Part shown: one piece after another, positions 38,495 to 51,320 of the stretch
How positions within the stretch are numbered: position 1 is the stretch's first letter
Layout of the letters: every line of letters starts with the position of its first letter
Assembly (NCBI RefSeq): GCF_026571515.1
Contig: NW_026852469.1
Coordinates: 124,001-188,000 of the forward strand
Origin: Ruditapes philippinarum
Lineage: Eukaryota
Direction of reading: 5' to 3'
Length of the DNA: 64,000 bases
Notes under the pieces: model-generated
Told to the model about the DNA's origin: nothing
Databases searched by the model: none
The model's input: only the letters and a program-made list of their open reading frames with translations
Made by a program: the position numbers and the translations under genes

Positions 38495-39540
38495 TATTTT
38501 ATTGTATAAATGTACACACAGTATACAATTTCATAATTTTACAGAACATACAAAAGGGTTGGGCCAAAAGTTCTAATAACAGTATAGTAGGCCCTTCCCT
38601 GAGGTAAAGTAAATATAAATAAATCGAAATAGAAATTAGTTGAGAGAAAAAAAATATATAAAAAAAATAGAAATATAAATAAGCAATATAATAAAATTAT
38701 GATACTAAGAATGATTAAATTAAGTTATTTAAATATTTAAATGTATAGAGTTTAAGTTTCAAAAGTCAATAGTGTTCCATTTAAAGTTATTTTTGGCTTT
38801 TGAATTATGTGTTCTAAGTATCAAATTTTAAGAAAAAGGAATAAATGATAGAATGAAATAATCAAATTATTGTAATAATTACAGAAACTGCAAAAAAACC
38901 ACTATTTCAGTCAGTCTGATAAAACTAAAAGAGTGTCAAGGCAGTTTCCTTTGTATGGAAATAACAATCTCATTTGTTCTGCTTTACCTTTGTAAAATGA
39001 TAAATGATCTAATATAAACTGCCATATTTCTTAAAGATAAACTATGCTCAAATTTGATGGTTGAAAATATTAGTTTTATAACTACTACACAGCCTATTTG
39101 TAAATATAAAATAAACATGACTCAGATTCATTCAATGTAGATATGTTATGTTTTAAACTCTATACCATATAAGTGGTCGCAATATGAATATATAGTGTCA
39201 TTTAAAAACTGTTAGTTTTTTTTTTGGTCTTTTTTTAAGAAAAGACCAACTTCACTTGACCTTTAATAGGGAATTCAACTTTCAATACAAAATTTGAACA
39301 CTCTTTTACTCAAATTAAAAACAGTAAGGATCTCATGGATTGCAATAAATTTCTGTGATAAGAATATTTTACTCAAATATAAGCATAGTACGTATATCTT
39401 GAAGGGATTAAATATTATGTTTTCAATCAAGTAAAAAAATGATTGTATAATTCATAACAAATAAGTAAAAAATCAGCAGCAAAAAAAGCTTTTGTTTTGA
39501 TATGTCATAGTCTTATACTTGATAGAAATACATTAATATT
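38495..39540 (-). mobile_element. Highly degraded L1/Tx1-like LINE 3' remnant
   Basis: Broken KFLHRIIA-like motif near 39340-39370 (needs indels to read) and a caataaaaat tail near 38500. Confidence 0.35.
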
Positions 39541-39598
39541 TATGATAAACTTTCACACCAAATAATAAAAATACACGCACGCACGCAAAAAATAACAC

Positions 39599-39762
39599 NN
39601 NNNNNNNNNNNNNNNNNNNNNNNNNNNNNNNNNNNNNNNNNNNNNNNNNNNNNNNNNNNNNNNNNNNNNNNNNNNNNNNNNNNNNNNNNNNNNNNNNNNN
39701 NNNNNNNNNNNNNNNNNNNNNNNNNNNNNNNNNNNNNNNNNNNNNNNNNNNNNNNNNNNNNN
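39599..39762. other. Assembly gap
   Basis: Run of N. Confidence 1.
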
Positions 39763-40310
39763 AAAAATGACCGACCTGAGTTCACACGATGACTTGCAAG
39801 ATGCTTTTTCAGTCTAGGAAAGAGGAAAAAGTCACAGGGTGCCAAATCTGGAGAATATTGTAAAATGCAGCTACTGGTTTTTCTGCGGATTTAACCTGCT
39901 ACTTTTTCTGGTCGGATGTTACCAAATAGAGTATTCATATGACACTTATTCGCCAAAATTTCAAGTGATTATATAGAATCGTATGAGTCGACCTTTTGAT
40001 ATCCCTGTGATATGGGCTATCTGCGTAGTTGAAAATCCTTGTGAATTATAGACTTGAATTTATGAAAATTTTGTCAGTAACTATGAAGGGTCTTCTACAA
40101 GACTAACAAGCAACTTTAACTGACTAGTGTCCATTTTTTCATATATGCATCCAACCCGAAATAGTTCCATAAGATATCTCATTGCTGTCATTAACTACAA
40201 GCATCGTTATAAACATTTATAGCAGATTTTCCAACCTTTGCTCGAGCTTTAAAAAGTCCCTAATTTCATCTCCTTTATCTTGCCGTTTTACAGGCCATAT
40301 TTCACACTAA
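39763..40310 (-). pseudogene. Mariner transposase remnant
   Basis: YSPDLAPCDFFLFPRLKKHL motif (mariner third Asp region); degraded N-terminus near 40300. Confidence 0.75.
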
Positions 40311-40506
40311 ATTACTCGTGAAAGGTATTCTTAATGTAAATGAAATTCTTAATCGGTTGACTACACACGTGGTATTAATATCATTGAAAAACAGATAGTT
40401 TGAAGCATAACATAGTTTATACAAACATAAAAATAAAGAGTTAAATAAAAAATATATTGGCCTACCCTGGTACAGTTTTTTTTTTTTTTTTTTTTGAAAG
40501 TAAATG

Positions 40507-40764
40507 TCAAAGATGAGTGATAAACATATGTTTATCATCTTCAATTTCAAATGTAAATAAATTCTGTTGCCCTGGCTTATGTTCGACCTCATCTGGTTTA
40601 TCTGTGTGTTCTCTAGAAGATGATGTTGTTGTCATGAAATCTGCTTCAAATTCATTTTGGCAAACAGGGTTTGTGTATTCATGCAAGTCTTTGTCACCTT
40701 CGTACCTGCTGTCGGTTGTACCGACATTCTTACATCGTCGCTCCGGTTGATTTCTTGATATATT
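40507..40764 (-). CDS. Receptor-like gene: terminal (cytoplasmic) exon
   Basis: Acceptor aattag|, phase 0 continuing from the 31-nt exon; 85 open codons (NISRNQPERR...LHEYTNPV...FITHL*). Not in the ORF track. Confidence 0.5.
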   Translation of the reverse strand, partial: NISRNQPERRCKNVGTTDSRYEGDKDLHEYTNPVCQNEFEADFMTTTSSSREHTDKPDEVEHKPGQQNLFTFEIEDDKHMFITHL

Positions 40765-41029
40765 CTAATTTTAAAAAAAAATGTGACAGCTTTATACAAA
40801 TAGGCCAAGATGGCTTAAACTGATGATATAAGTTTATGTGTAAATATGAATCTCTTACAATTGTACGCTTAAATGGACAAAGGGCGGAATATTACGTATA
40901 TCTGCGTATCATTTTTAATTTATTGTTAAGCTGTTTTCCAATGAACGGTTTAAAGTAAAATAGAGGAATGTGTCTTTGAACGTATAGCTAATATCAAGAA
41001 ATAGGTGTGTTAATATCATATGGATTTTG

Positions 41030-41712
41030 TTTATGCCCCTAAAAGGATAAAGGGAATAGATAAACATAATGAGATGGGGTGCGTACGTCATATATTCCTT
41101 GTCCAACCAGTAACTAAAGAAGGCTTAGGCCTACAGTCCTAGGACTTGGTATGGCCATGACCTGTAGCTGACCCCTATTCATTTTATGGTTTGAAGGTCA
41201 CCATAGATATAATCGCTTGTCGTCAGTAACTATGAAACATTTTGCGTACAGTCCGAAGTTTAGTGTGGAGGTTGGTTATGACTGATAGATGACACATTGA
41301 TTTATAGATCATGAGGATAAAGGTCAAGGCCACTATGGAATTGACGTCTTAAAATATAACAACAGTAAAGTATAGTTATAACTTAAAAAAGCTTTGCCGA
41401 CAGTCATTAGATTTGATGTTGATGTTGGCCATTACTAGACCACTATTGATTTTGTGATTAAAACGTCAACTGTCAAAGTCACCATGGCTTGTGCCGCTCA
41501 AACCTTGTCCGGCCAAAATCTAGAGAGAGCTTTGGCCTAAAATCATTAGACTTGGTTTGGATGTTTGTATTGACTAGAAGAAAACCACTATAGATTTTAA
41601 GATCAGATATGAGGTCATTAGGTCAAGGTCGCAGTAAATTAAAAACTTGTCCAATCAAGAAGTCTGCACATATTCCGCTGGGGTGTGGGGCATAAGTATT
41701 CGCATTTCTAGT
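41030..41712 (+). mobile_element. Degraded DINE-like element with an internal tandem array
   Basis: TTATGCCCC / GGGGCATAA asymmetric IR, TTTCTAGT end, diverged repeats with aaggtca motifs. Confidence 0.55.
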
Positions 41713-41886
41713 AAAAATATAACTTTTAAAAAACATAACATGAGCTGTTAGTAAGACGGCGAGCTAGCCTAATCTCAGTGCTTGTTAGTAAAACAAGAGG
41801 AAGGATAATGAAGAATTTTTCTTAGTTCAAAAGGTGCCATTATTCAAAAGTTATAGAAGATACAAACTTGCACCAAAGTGTGACGA

Positions 41887-43831
41887 CGGTGTAACATTAA
41901 ATGTTGACCCTGTTGAAATGTGACCCCATGGGTCATTTTGAACGTTGAAAATTGACCATGCCAACATTTTGACATTAAAATATGATGAAAAAGTCATTAA
42001 AATCTTATCAGTTGTTGACTCGATAAAAACAGGTGCATTTTAATGGTTTGTGGAATTTTTCAAGTTAAACGTTCTGAATGATCTGTCTATAATAGAGAAA
42101 CACATAGAAAAAATCAGAATCTCCTACAGCACCGTGTATATCCAGTAACGCCGGATTGTGAACATAACGCACGATTCGTTAATTAAGTGACGCAGAATTT
42201 GTGAAAATTTCTTAGATATTTAATGTATCAAATCGCACTTTTCGCCGTTACAAGGAAACTTTATTCACGTACATCTGCGTTACCTCATAAAAACGGCTTG
42301 ATCACATTTTATCAGCTTATTTTAAATTTTCTATGTCACCAAAAGTTTAGTAAATGTAACTTGCTTACCGAAAATCGAAATTATACGATATCGTATGCAT
42401 TGTTGTACTAATTATAGTCGACAAAAAGCCCAAATCACACCCAAGACGGTCGTGAAGCCAACTTTTTTACTAATTATCTCAAAAACTAAGCAATTTCGTG
42501 GAAATAACAATAATGTCCTCGCGGCCTTATGTGGCTATTCCTTTTTCATTTTGGTTAAATAAAGAATATATTGTCCAGGTTATTTACCGCGTTGGAAATC
42601 CTGCCAGGTATCCTCCATTCATTGCACAAATTCTGTGTTACTTATTGCACGAATATTGCATTATTTTTACATTCCGGCGTTACTGGATATACACTATGTA
42701 CTGGCTTCATTAATACATTTCAAGAGGCCGAGCCGAACGGACAACTGCGCCGAGATAGGTTATAAGATAATCTATATGTTGGAAAGGGTACATTTAACGG
42801 AAGTTCAACACAATGATTTCTGACAAACGTGTTTGTACAAAATCACTTGGTGTCAGACGCTGACCTAACCTTCACCCGACCTTGTTAATTCCCTGTTACT
42901 TTAACACGAGCAAAACATCTGTCACGGTCATAAGTAATTTCCACATGAATTTTAAAAAAAAACACGTTAACCATCAAGTTCCAATGTAGTACTATAAGTA
43001 ACATAAGTTTCATGATTTTGACGGATTCGTGTTTTTAGCTGATGCAAGAATGATCAAAATATTTGTATTGAACAACGGGACAAGTATTGCTACTCTAATT
43101 CACAACCAAAATAGGGAATTTATTAATTATTAAACACATTGAAATGTTGGGCTAGACTGAAATGTATCCCTGCTGTAGTACGTCAGATTCGATTTTACAG
43201 ATCTTTTTTCTGACTTGTGTAATAAATTAAATTGATATATACATCATTTAATCATTCAGGGGTTGGTGCTAGAAAAAAGTCATAGATTTTAATAAGTGAT
43301 GTAGCTACGCCAAAATTGATAGAATGCACAATCACGCAGAGTGAGATTATAAAGATCGTGTCAGTGCCCCAAAGTTCAACGATTTCCATAATTCATAGAT
43401 ACTTGAAAATGTTGTTTTTTTCACGCCAGTTAATTAAAGGTCACAAAATAGGATTTAAATCAGAACGTTTTATACTTGTACGTTAAATTCGTGTAAATTG
43501 ATATGTATGGTCGTAGTCATTGAGGGGGCAGCACCCATGGTGCCCTGCCTCCTTCCTTGATTCCGCTCTAGTGATAACAGAAGAAGAAGATTAAATATTT
43601 TTACTTTTGCTCAAACGGACAGTATTTAAAAAGATTCAATGTAATATGAAACGTTATTTACGTAAACAGCATATAAGCGGTGTATACTGCATGGCACGTT
43701 ATAAGAAGTGTTATTAGAACGTGGTGCGCATGAAAACAACAAAACAAGTATATTTCATTTGTATGGCCATAGGCTTATTGCGCAAAATTACAAGGATCGA
43801 GTTCTAAGGGTCAAAATTTAATGTTACACTG
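41887..43831. mobile_element. Non-autonomous TIR DNA transposon
   Basis: ~24-bp TIR C(G/A)GTGTAACATTAAAT(G/T)TTGACCC. Confidence 0.7.
42130..42698. mobile_element. Nested MITE with long imperfect TIRs
   Basis: GTGTATATCCAGTAACGCCGGA and its reverse complement, extending ~75 bp. Confidence 0.7.
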
Positions 43832-43935
43832 GCGCAAGTGTGAGAACAATAGCTCTCCGAATTTTTCGAGTAGTCAAGCTAAAGTCTAGTACAGTGCCAA
43901 CATTCATATGATATTAATTATGACAATTTACTTAC

Positions 43936-43966
43936 CTCATTTCTACATTTTGTTCTCCTTAATATC
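43936..43966 (-). CDS. Receptor-like gene: 31-nt juxtamembrane exon
   Basis: tatag| ... |gtaag; phase 2 to phase 0; encodes (M)ILRRTKCRNE, basic stop-transfer residues. Confidence 0.55.
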
Positions 43967-44342
43967 CTATAATAGAAAATGTTGACATTGTATAATTTGA
44001 TGAAATCAGTACTTGTCAAATCATATTGCGATCAATCTACAAAACGTAAGATGTTTCCCATGCAAAAATGTACTTCTAAATTCATTTATGTATTGAATAT
44101 TTTCAAAATTTGTGGGTTTTTTTCCTACCTAACCTATGTCTTTACATTTCTGATTAAGGTGTTATTGAGAAGTTCTTTTACGAGGGCTTTCTAAATTCAC
44201 ACTTTTTAATGCAGGCTTGAACATGGTCATGTAAACGTTTTTTTTCTTTAACGAACCATTAAGAATGTTTGATAACTTTTATTTACTACAGTTGGAAAAT
44301 ATATCACGCTGTATAGGCACTTCTCTATATTATGTTACTTAC

Positions 44343-44722
44343 ATTATAATCCGTATTATAATGGGAACGAACACAAGTATCAAAATTATTATCAAACACA
44401 CGACATTGCATTCATTTGTTGTCCCTGTTGTTGTTGTGATACATTTTTGGTCGACAAGAGTTTCATTCAAACGGCACCGTCTGGATATGTCACAAACTTC
44501 CACGTGACTCAGATTTCTTTTCAATGCATGTTCGTAAAAGTTAATATACTCCATCATTGGGGGTGGGCAAGGTGCATAATTAAGCATGTCATGTTTTAAT
44601 CCACAAAATAACGTTCCGCATGTCTTATAGAAACCCATTATTTAATCACATATATATTATTCAGGCATTGTTTAAACACTTTAACTATTCGCATGTTATA
44701 TCTCATTAACATAGTCCAGATA
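44343..44722 (-). CDS. Receptor-like gene: Cys-rich + transmembrane exon (5' part disrupted, possible pseudogene)
   Basis: ORF from 44638 with Cys-rich segment, Thr stalk and TM VVCLIIILILVFVPIII; donor AT|gtaagt. Stops lie between the upstream acceptor (44723-44724) and 44638. Confidence 0.5.
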
Positions 44723-46941
44723 CTGAACAATAAAATAGAAAAATACACAGATAAAATAAACAAATGATATAACCGTTAGATATACAAAAACAGTGCAGGT
44801 ATATCTTATGTGTAGTACACCCAATAGATCAAGTTACGGTAATTTAGTGATATCTGTTACAAGTATAACAAAGCATATGATTTATTTAAAAGTGAAGTCC
44901 CGACATAAAATCTTTAAGTTTAGAAATTATAAAGCAATAGGAAACTTACAGGCAGTACATTTGTCTTATTGACCGAGGCAAGACAAGACTAGAAATTGAC
45001 TATTCACAAGCTAACAGGCTATGAATGGTTTTACTTTTATTAATAAATCATGCAATATGAATAGGTATGCATAATCCGCACTCTTAACAGAACAATTGAA
45101 ATATGAAACCAAAACGAAGTGTAGTTTGCTGCGGTTTACGGTTTATTCGACATAAAAAAAATGATTAACCAAGAAAGGGAGAAGAAAAGAAAGCAAGTCT
45201 CTCCTGTGTCTGACAAAGGGAAAATTGGTACCAATGGTTACATCTCAAGCTTGATGAAGCTAGAAATTAACCAAACCCATCCCAATAAATAAATCAGTCC
45301 CCAGTCTTTCATAGTAGTGTTTTATTTTATTTAATTTTTCGTAGACTTTATAGCGTGATAATTTCCTAATTGTGTAAGATCAGAAAAGTCGTTTTAAAAT
45401 TATAATCTTAGAAATGCTAGATTATCAATATCATTAAAAAGTGTATTGTGGACAGAAATTTACAATTTCAAGTTAATAATGTAAATGAAAGGTTAATTAA
45501 AACTTAAATAAAAGTACTTTAGAATCAGTATCAGATTATCAGTAAATTCAATCACGTGGTATTAACCAATGGTACCTTAATTCATAGACAGAATATTCGT
45601 ATTTAATCATAACAGTTATTTAAAGCCATCAAGTAATTGCTGATTTAATTTATCAGTATATTAAAAAATCTATTTCTGTGAATTTCTAAAAGTATATATT
45701 GTGTTATGATAAGCACCATAAAGACATTGATCTCAAATGCCAGAACGTGCAAATTTAAATCAGTTTAGAATCAAGAGTTTTGTAAAGCCAATGACTTTAT
45801 ATCGTTAACTTAAACACATTTCAGGACAATTTTGCACTTATCATACAAAGGTTTCCTTAGTTATATTGTTACTCGTGTCTTACAATTCGACCATTTGATA
45901 TTAATGCTAAATGTATTTTTAAGGCCATAAATTAAGTAAATGTACTTGTGACGTATAAATATTTTCTGTATATTGGCGATTGTATGGAATTGCCATATAT
46001 CGTCATTCTAAATGGACTGCATGTGTTGTGCCCTTTCTATACAAAAAATGACATCTCCCCGTGGGTTCAAGCAGTGTTCAATTTACAAAAACATATTCAT
46101 GTGACTTATTAGATTATTTTCGATATCATAATGTTTCTTATGTTATGTGCATAACAGCAAGTGTTATTATGATTACAGTACGAGTACAACATGCGGCTGA
46201 TAGCGTGACAAAATTGTTTATACGATTTTAAATCGTTAAACTAAGTGTTTTTCAAGAGATTCCATTTGTAATAAACAATAAAGAACAGCATGCTATCAAA
46301 GATGCCTTCGAAAACAAAACAGTTGAGTCTAAAAAGTCATTGTTGTGTTTTATTGTTTTAACCCTTATACATTATTTTTCTATTTATTATATACTTATAA
46401 GTTATTTTATTATTAAATGTTCCCTTTTCATAAATGTCCTGACATAAGACTCTGATATCTTAAAAGATAAAATATACAAAATTTCCTGTGAATTTGAAGA
46501 TTGGAGACTGTGATGAGTTTAGTCACGTTATGTAATCACATTTACTTGACTTGAGTTCATTATACAAAATTTACATGTGATTCTTATTTAAAAAGGTCGT
46601 GTTAGAATCACGGTTTTTAAAGTGTGTTTAGTACATTATCTTTTTAATTCCACTCTCTTTCTCTCTGCAGGCTTTCTTGAATGGAATTTTCTTGCATATC
46701 AGACTGGCGTTTCCGTGAGTTTTACCCATGCCGGAAATTTCATCTGGCATGGGGGGTTCCAGATGAGTCGCGTGCTGTACAATGGTACGGTTAGGATGAC
46801 GTCATTTTACCGTTATGAATGAAGTTGTAATTCATACGCTGTTGTAAGAAAGTAGTTACGGTTGTTATGATATAAATTTTCATTGAAAATAAAGATAAAG
46901 AATTTAAAATATAATGGAATATGGTAGAATATGCAAGAAAA

Positions 46942-47093
46942 AACATCTGACATATGTTTGCGGTTCGAATCGGAATATTCGTCCCTCGGTCACCCGCCAA
47001 TGGGCGGTCACTCGGCAAGCCTCGTTACCACCCAATGGGCGGGCCACCTCGGAACGGCTATTCCGATCCGAACCGCAAAATATGACAGATATT
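46942..47093. mobile_element. GC-rich palindromic MITE
   Basis: IR TTTGCGGTTCG(A/G)ATCGGAATA and its reverse complement. Confidence 0.7.
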
Positions 47094-48162
47094 ATTAGTC
47101 CAGCTTCCATTTTTGGAACCGTCCTTTATCAATTTAAGGGATATCAAGATGAAAAATGTTAGTTAGCCGACAGTATAAAGCATGTTCACACGACACGAAT
47201 GTGAAGGCTGACCTGGCTCTATACTGAAATTTGTAAAGGCTAATCACTTCAGGTCCCATCAGGTGAGTGGTTAATTATTGTAGAACATTTGAACTATTTT
47301 ATGTCATTCACTGATAGCTATAATCTGAAAACGTTGGATATTTATTTATTCTTGTTTAACATATCTATGAATGACAGTTTTGACATATATATTCACATTC
47401 TGAAATTGAATTGCTTAGAATATAAAACCGAAAGTCGCGACAGTAGTTATCGCAAAGACTTACTTAATGGATGTTCAAATATTTGAGCATAAATAGCACT
47501 TTCAGCACGATTAAAACATTTTTTATTTAGAAACCTTTATCATTACCAGGTAAAAAATAAATATGATTGTTTGACATTAAATAGACCTTTAACTATTGTC
47601 CTGTAATATATTTTGAAGAACAAATAGTAATCTGACATTTATTGGAAATAAGTCAACATAGACAAATGTCAATGTCGAGAAAGTGGTGTTAATGGACATT
47701 TCCAACTAATGATCACTTTGCGCAGCTTTTCAATTGTTTCTGTTGCATTCTTTCTACTCTGAATGTTTCTCCTATTAAACTGTGAAAACATCTGACATAT
47801 TTTGCAATATTTTGGCTTATATCTGTAAAAGTAAGATCACCTGTAAAAGTAAGATCACCATATTATCTATAAAAAATATCCTTTAGCGCGTAGATTCTTA
47901 TCATAAATATTGAAAGCGATTTTTATTGTTTCTTCCAGCGTTCCACAGAAACAAAACGTTCATATTCAAGAACATTATAAAAATACGTGATTAAATATAA
48001 TGTACTGCCAATGTAAATTTAACTGAAATCTGAATGTAGCTGACCGATCAAAAATACAAACAGAAATGAACAGTGAACAACTAATCATTTTAAATGTGAA
48101 GCTTTGCTCATATGAATCAAACAGACCACTTTTTATTTTCAGACTTGCAAATACATGTACAA

Positions 48163-49464
48163 ATGCTTAATCAAACTATACCTGAAGTAAAAGATCATAA
48201 ACACTTAGGATTATTTTTGTCTCACAATTGCCTGTGGCATTCACATATAGAATATATTAATGAAAAAGCATGGAAACGGGTGAACATAATGAGAAAACTG
48301 AAATTCATGTTTGACCGTAAATCTCTTGAAATTATTTATATATCGTTTATCCGACCAATCCTTAATATGCGGATGTGGTATGGGGAAGCGCATTTCAGTA
48401 TGAACTTGACCTCTTAGATAATATACAAAATGAATGTGCTAGAATAGTGTCTGGTGCAACAAGACTAGTTTCAATTGAAAACTTAAATAATAAAGTAAAT
48501 TGGGAAACATTAAAACAAAGACGTTATAAACATAGATTAACATTATTCTATAAAATCAAACATGGCATTGCACCAGAATACTTGTCAGAACCAATACCGT
48601 ATCAAACAAACACTCGTTATAACCTTAGAAATTCAAACGACACTATTGGTATTTCAGCAAGGACATCTTTATACTTTAATTCTTTTTTCCCATCTTCAAT
48701 TCGTGAATGGAACAACTTGCCCCTTAACATAAGGAATTTACCAACCCTTTCAATGTTTAAAAATTATCTATCACGTGATAAGAAAACTACACCAAAATAT
48801 TTTTATTTTGGTGATAGAAAACTTCAAATTATTCACACCAGGTTACGCACAAAATGTAGCTCCCTAAATTATCATTTATATCACCATCGCCATTATGTGA
48901 GTGTGGTCAAATGGAAACTAACTTTCATTACTTCTTTGAATGCAATCGCTTTCGTACATGTAGAGAAAAATTATTGGGAATTCTAAATAATTTCGATATT
49001 ACCCTCAACACCCTACTTTTTGGCAACCCGGACATCTCAGATACTGATAATGCCAATATCTTTAAACATGTTCATACTTTTATCTCAGAGTCAAAGCGAT
49101 TTCTCTGAACTTAAAGTGAAACAGTGAAGCAATCTTTCTTTTCTCTTTCTTTCTTTTTTCCTAACATTGTATTATTTGTTTTCCTTTTTTCTTTTTCGTT
49201 ATTATAATTTCTAATTCTTATCCCGATGATTACTTATAAATATAACGTTTACTTGGTCACAAATATTTACATTCCACTTTTTTGATAATTGTACAAAATA
49301 TTATAAAATCGACTCATTATAAAGTTACACTAAAAGGAGAAGAATTTTATAAGACTTAGTCTTTCGTTCTCATCCTTTTCTTTGAATATATTATATACTT
49401 GTATTCTGATTGTATTGTATTATGTATATCATGTAAATATTCGGGAAATAAATATGTTTAAACT
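48163..49464 (+). mobile_element. 5'-truncated CR1/L2-group LINE with a 13-bp TSD
   Basis: RT C-terminus (HKHLG, YISFIRPI, IQNECARIVSG, SFFPSSIREWN) with frameshifts; AATAAATATGTTTAAACT end; TSD AATACATGTACAA at 48150-48162 and 49465-49477. Confidence 0.88.
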
Positions 49465-51094
49465 AATACATGTACAACGATTTTGTTCATTAAGGTGGAT
49501 AAAACTGGCTTATGAGATATCCCGCCCTGCCCCCCCCTCTCCCCCTCTAGATCAACGAAAATAAGATGGATATCTTAAAATTGAATGCTCGGTTCCAATG
49601 AATCTGTTCAAGAGAAAAAGCAAGGTAAAAGTGCAACAAAAAATTATTCAGCAAATCACATACGAGCAAAATTCTTTCAAAGTATGTCGTATTTGCTCTA
49701 ACTGTTCGGTCACTAATCTAATAAACACAAAACAGTTAAAATGATAAGTTTCAAGTATAGACGCCTAGAATCCGCTTCAATACCTGTAACCACATAACTT
49801 CTGTCAACTTGCTGAGCTTTAATTTTGTTGGCATCATAACAAGTCTCAAAGAACGTTATATACGTAATTGTTACGTGTTTCACATGAACTATGTCATTGC
49901 GTTTAGATATGTCTGTAATTACAAATCTAATAGTATGCTTTTTCATGAGGCTGATCGCGTGATATCTTAATTCATCCAGTTAATTGAACGCTATTAAGAT
50001 CTAAATAAACTGCATTACAGGTAATTTGTTGCAGAACAAAGAGCAACATGTGGTATTTCATATCCATCAATTAATCAATTAATACAGATTTACTCAAAAG
50101 CCTTGTTTCATATTTCTGGAATAAAAACATATAGATAAATGCAAAAATGGATGAATTTTTATTTTTGAATTTATATAATTACGACACCTGGTAAGATAAT
50201 AAAAATATAGCTATGGGAAAATCAATAAGGGATCGGAGGAGAAACTGTTCGTTTCGGTTTATCAATAGTACTTTAAGGTATTCCAGTAATACACATTTCA
50301 TGCTCGTGCTGAATAACCTGGCTTTCTAAAGATCAAATGCTCATTGCAAGATAAAAACGCGGCAAATCAACTTTGCAGATACATTATGTATATATCATAA
50401 TACGGCACAGCAATACTCCATCAAAAGCTCTTAAAAAAACCTACCCACGTGACTGCATTATTATGCTGTGCAATAAAATATTAATCACGCTCTTTAAAGT
50501 GTGTTTCGAAAATTGTCATTTTCTTCTATTTGTCCATCACATGCTGTATTGACATATTTACATATCAACAGTATATTTATATATTTTCAAATTTATATGT
50601 TCATAGTAATGATAAGTTTTATCTGATTAACGTTCTATTGCCTGTAATTTAGCAACTTTCAAATACATATAGATATACTTATTCTGAAACTCAATTCATA
50701 GAAAACATATTTTGCGCGACAAAGTATTTTACAAGAACGACGTTTACTCTGGTAACAAATTCCCTAGGCATGTCATCGCAGGACCTGATTTCAAAGTTTG
50801 CAACTTCTAAGCATAAAAAATAACATTTAAACTGATTACTACTACATGTATACAAATATTTGTTTTCAAAACAAAAAGCAAAAAAAAAACGGCATACTTG
50901 TAGTTACCGATACTATAAAAGGTTCAATCAATGCAAAGCGAGCATGCAACATTTTCAATTGTTTGCCATTTTGAGCGTTCTTTTAGGACTCAGTCATTTT
51001 CTTTTACATTGTGAGTGGTGCAAATTAATATGACCAAAAGTGCTGGAAGCTTTGCGAGTTGCAATATTGAACAATGTCATTGTCATTCTGATAT

Positions 51095-51320
51095 TTGTTT
51101 TGGTTGGGTTTTACATAGAACCAAAACAGTATATATCATAAGGCGACTTTTCAGCTAAACTAATGAAGGAAAACCTCAGTTTCCCCTCTGTGTATTATTC
51201 CAGGCACGAATGGGCACCTGAAAAGAACCACTAACATTCCGTAAGCTAGCTGGATTGCTTCCTCACACGAAAAAAATCAAAAGTCCAAAGATTCGAACCC
51301 ACACATGAGGAGGACGACCT
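51095..51320 (-). mobile_element. Degraded tRNA-derived SINE (fragments also near 1360, 4310 and 17700)
   Basis: B-box GGGTTCGAATC on the minus strand at ~51290-51300; shared ggcgactt...agct and agctagctggattgctt segments. Confidence 0.55.

Larger units (their letters stand above)
41737..43882 (-). mobile_element. DINE-like element (13631-14174 family) interrupted by TIR elements
   Basis: gagctgttagtaagacggc left end and caatagctct...tagtcaagctaaa right end. Confidence 0.5.
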
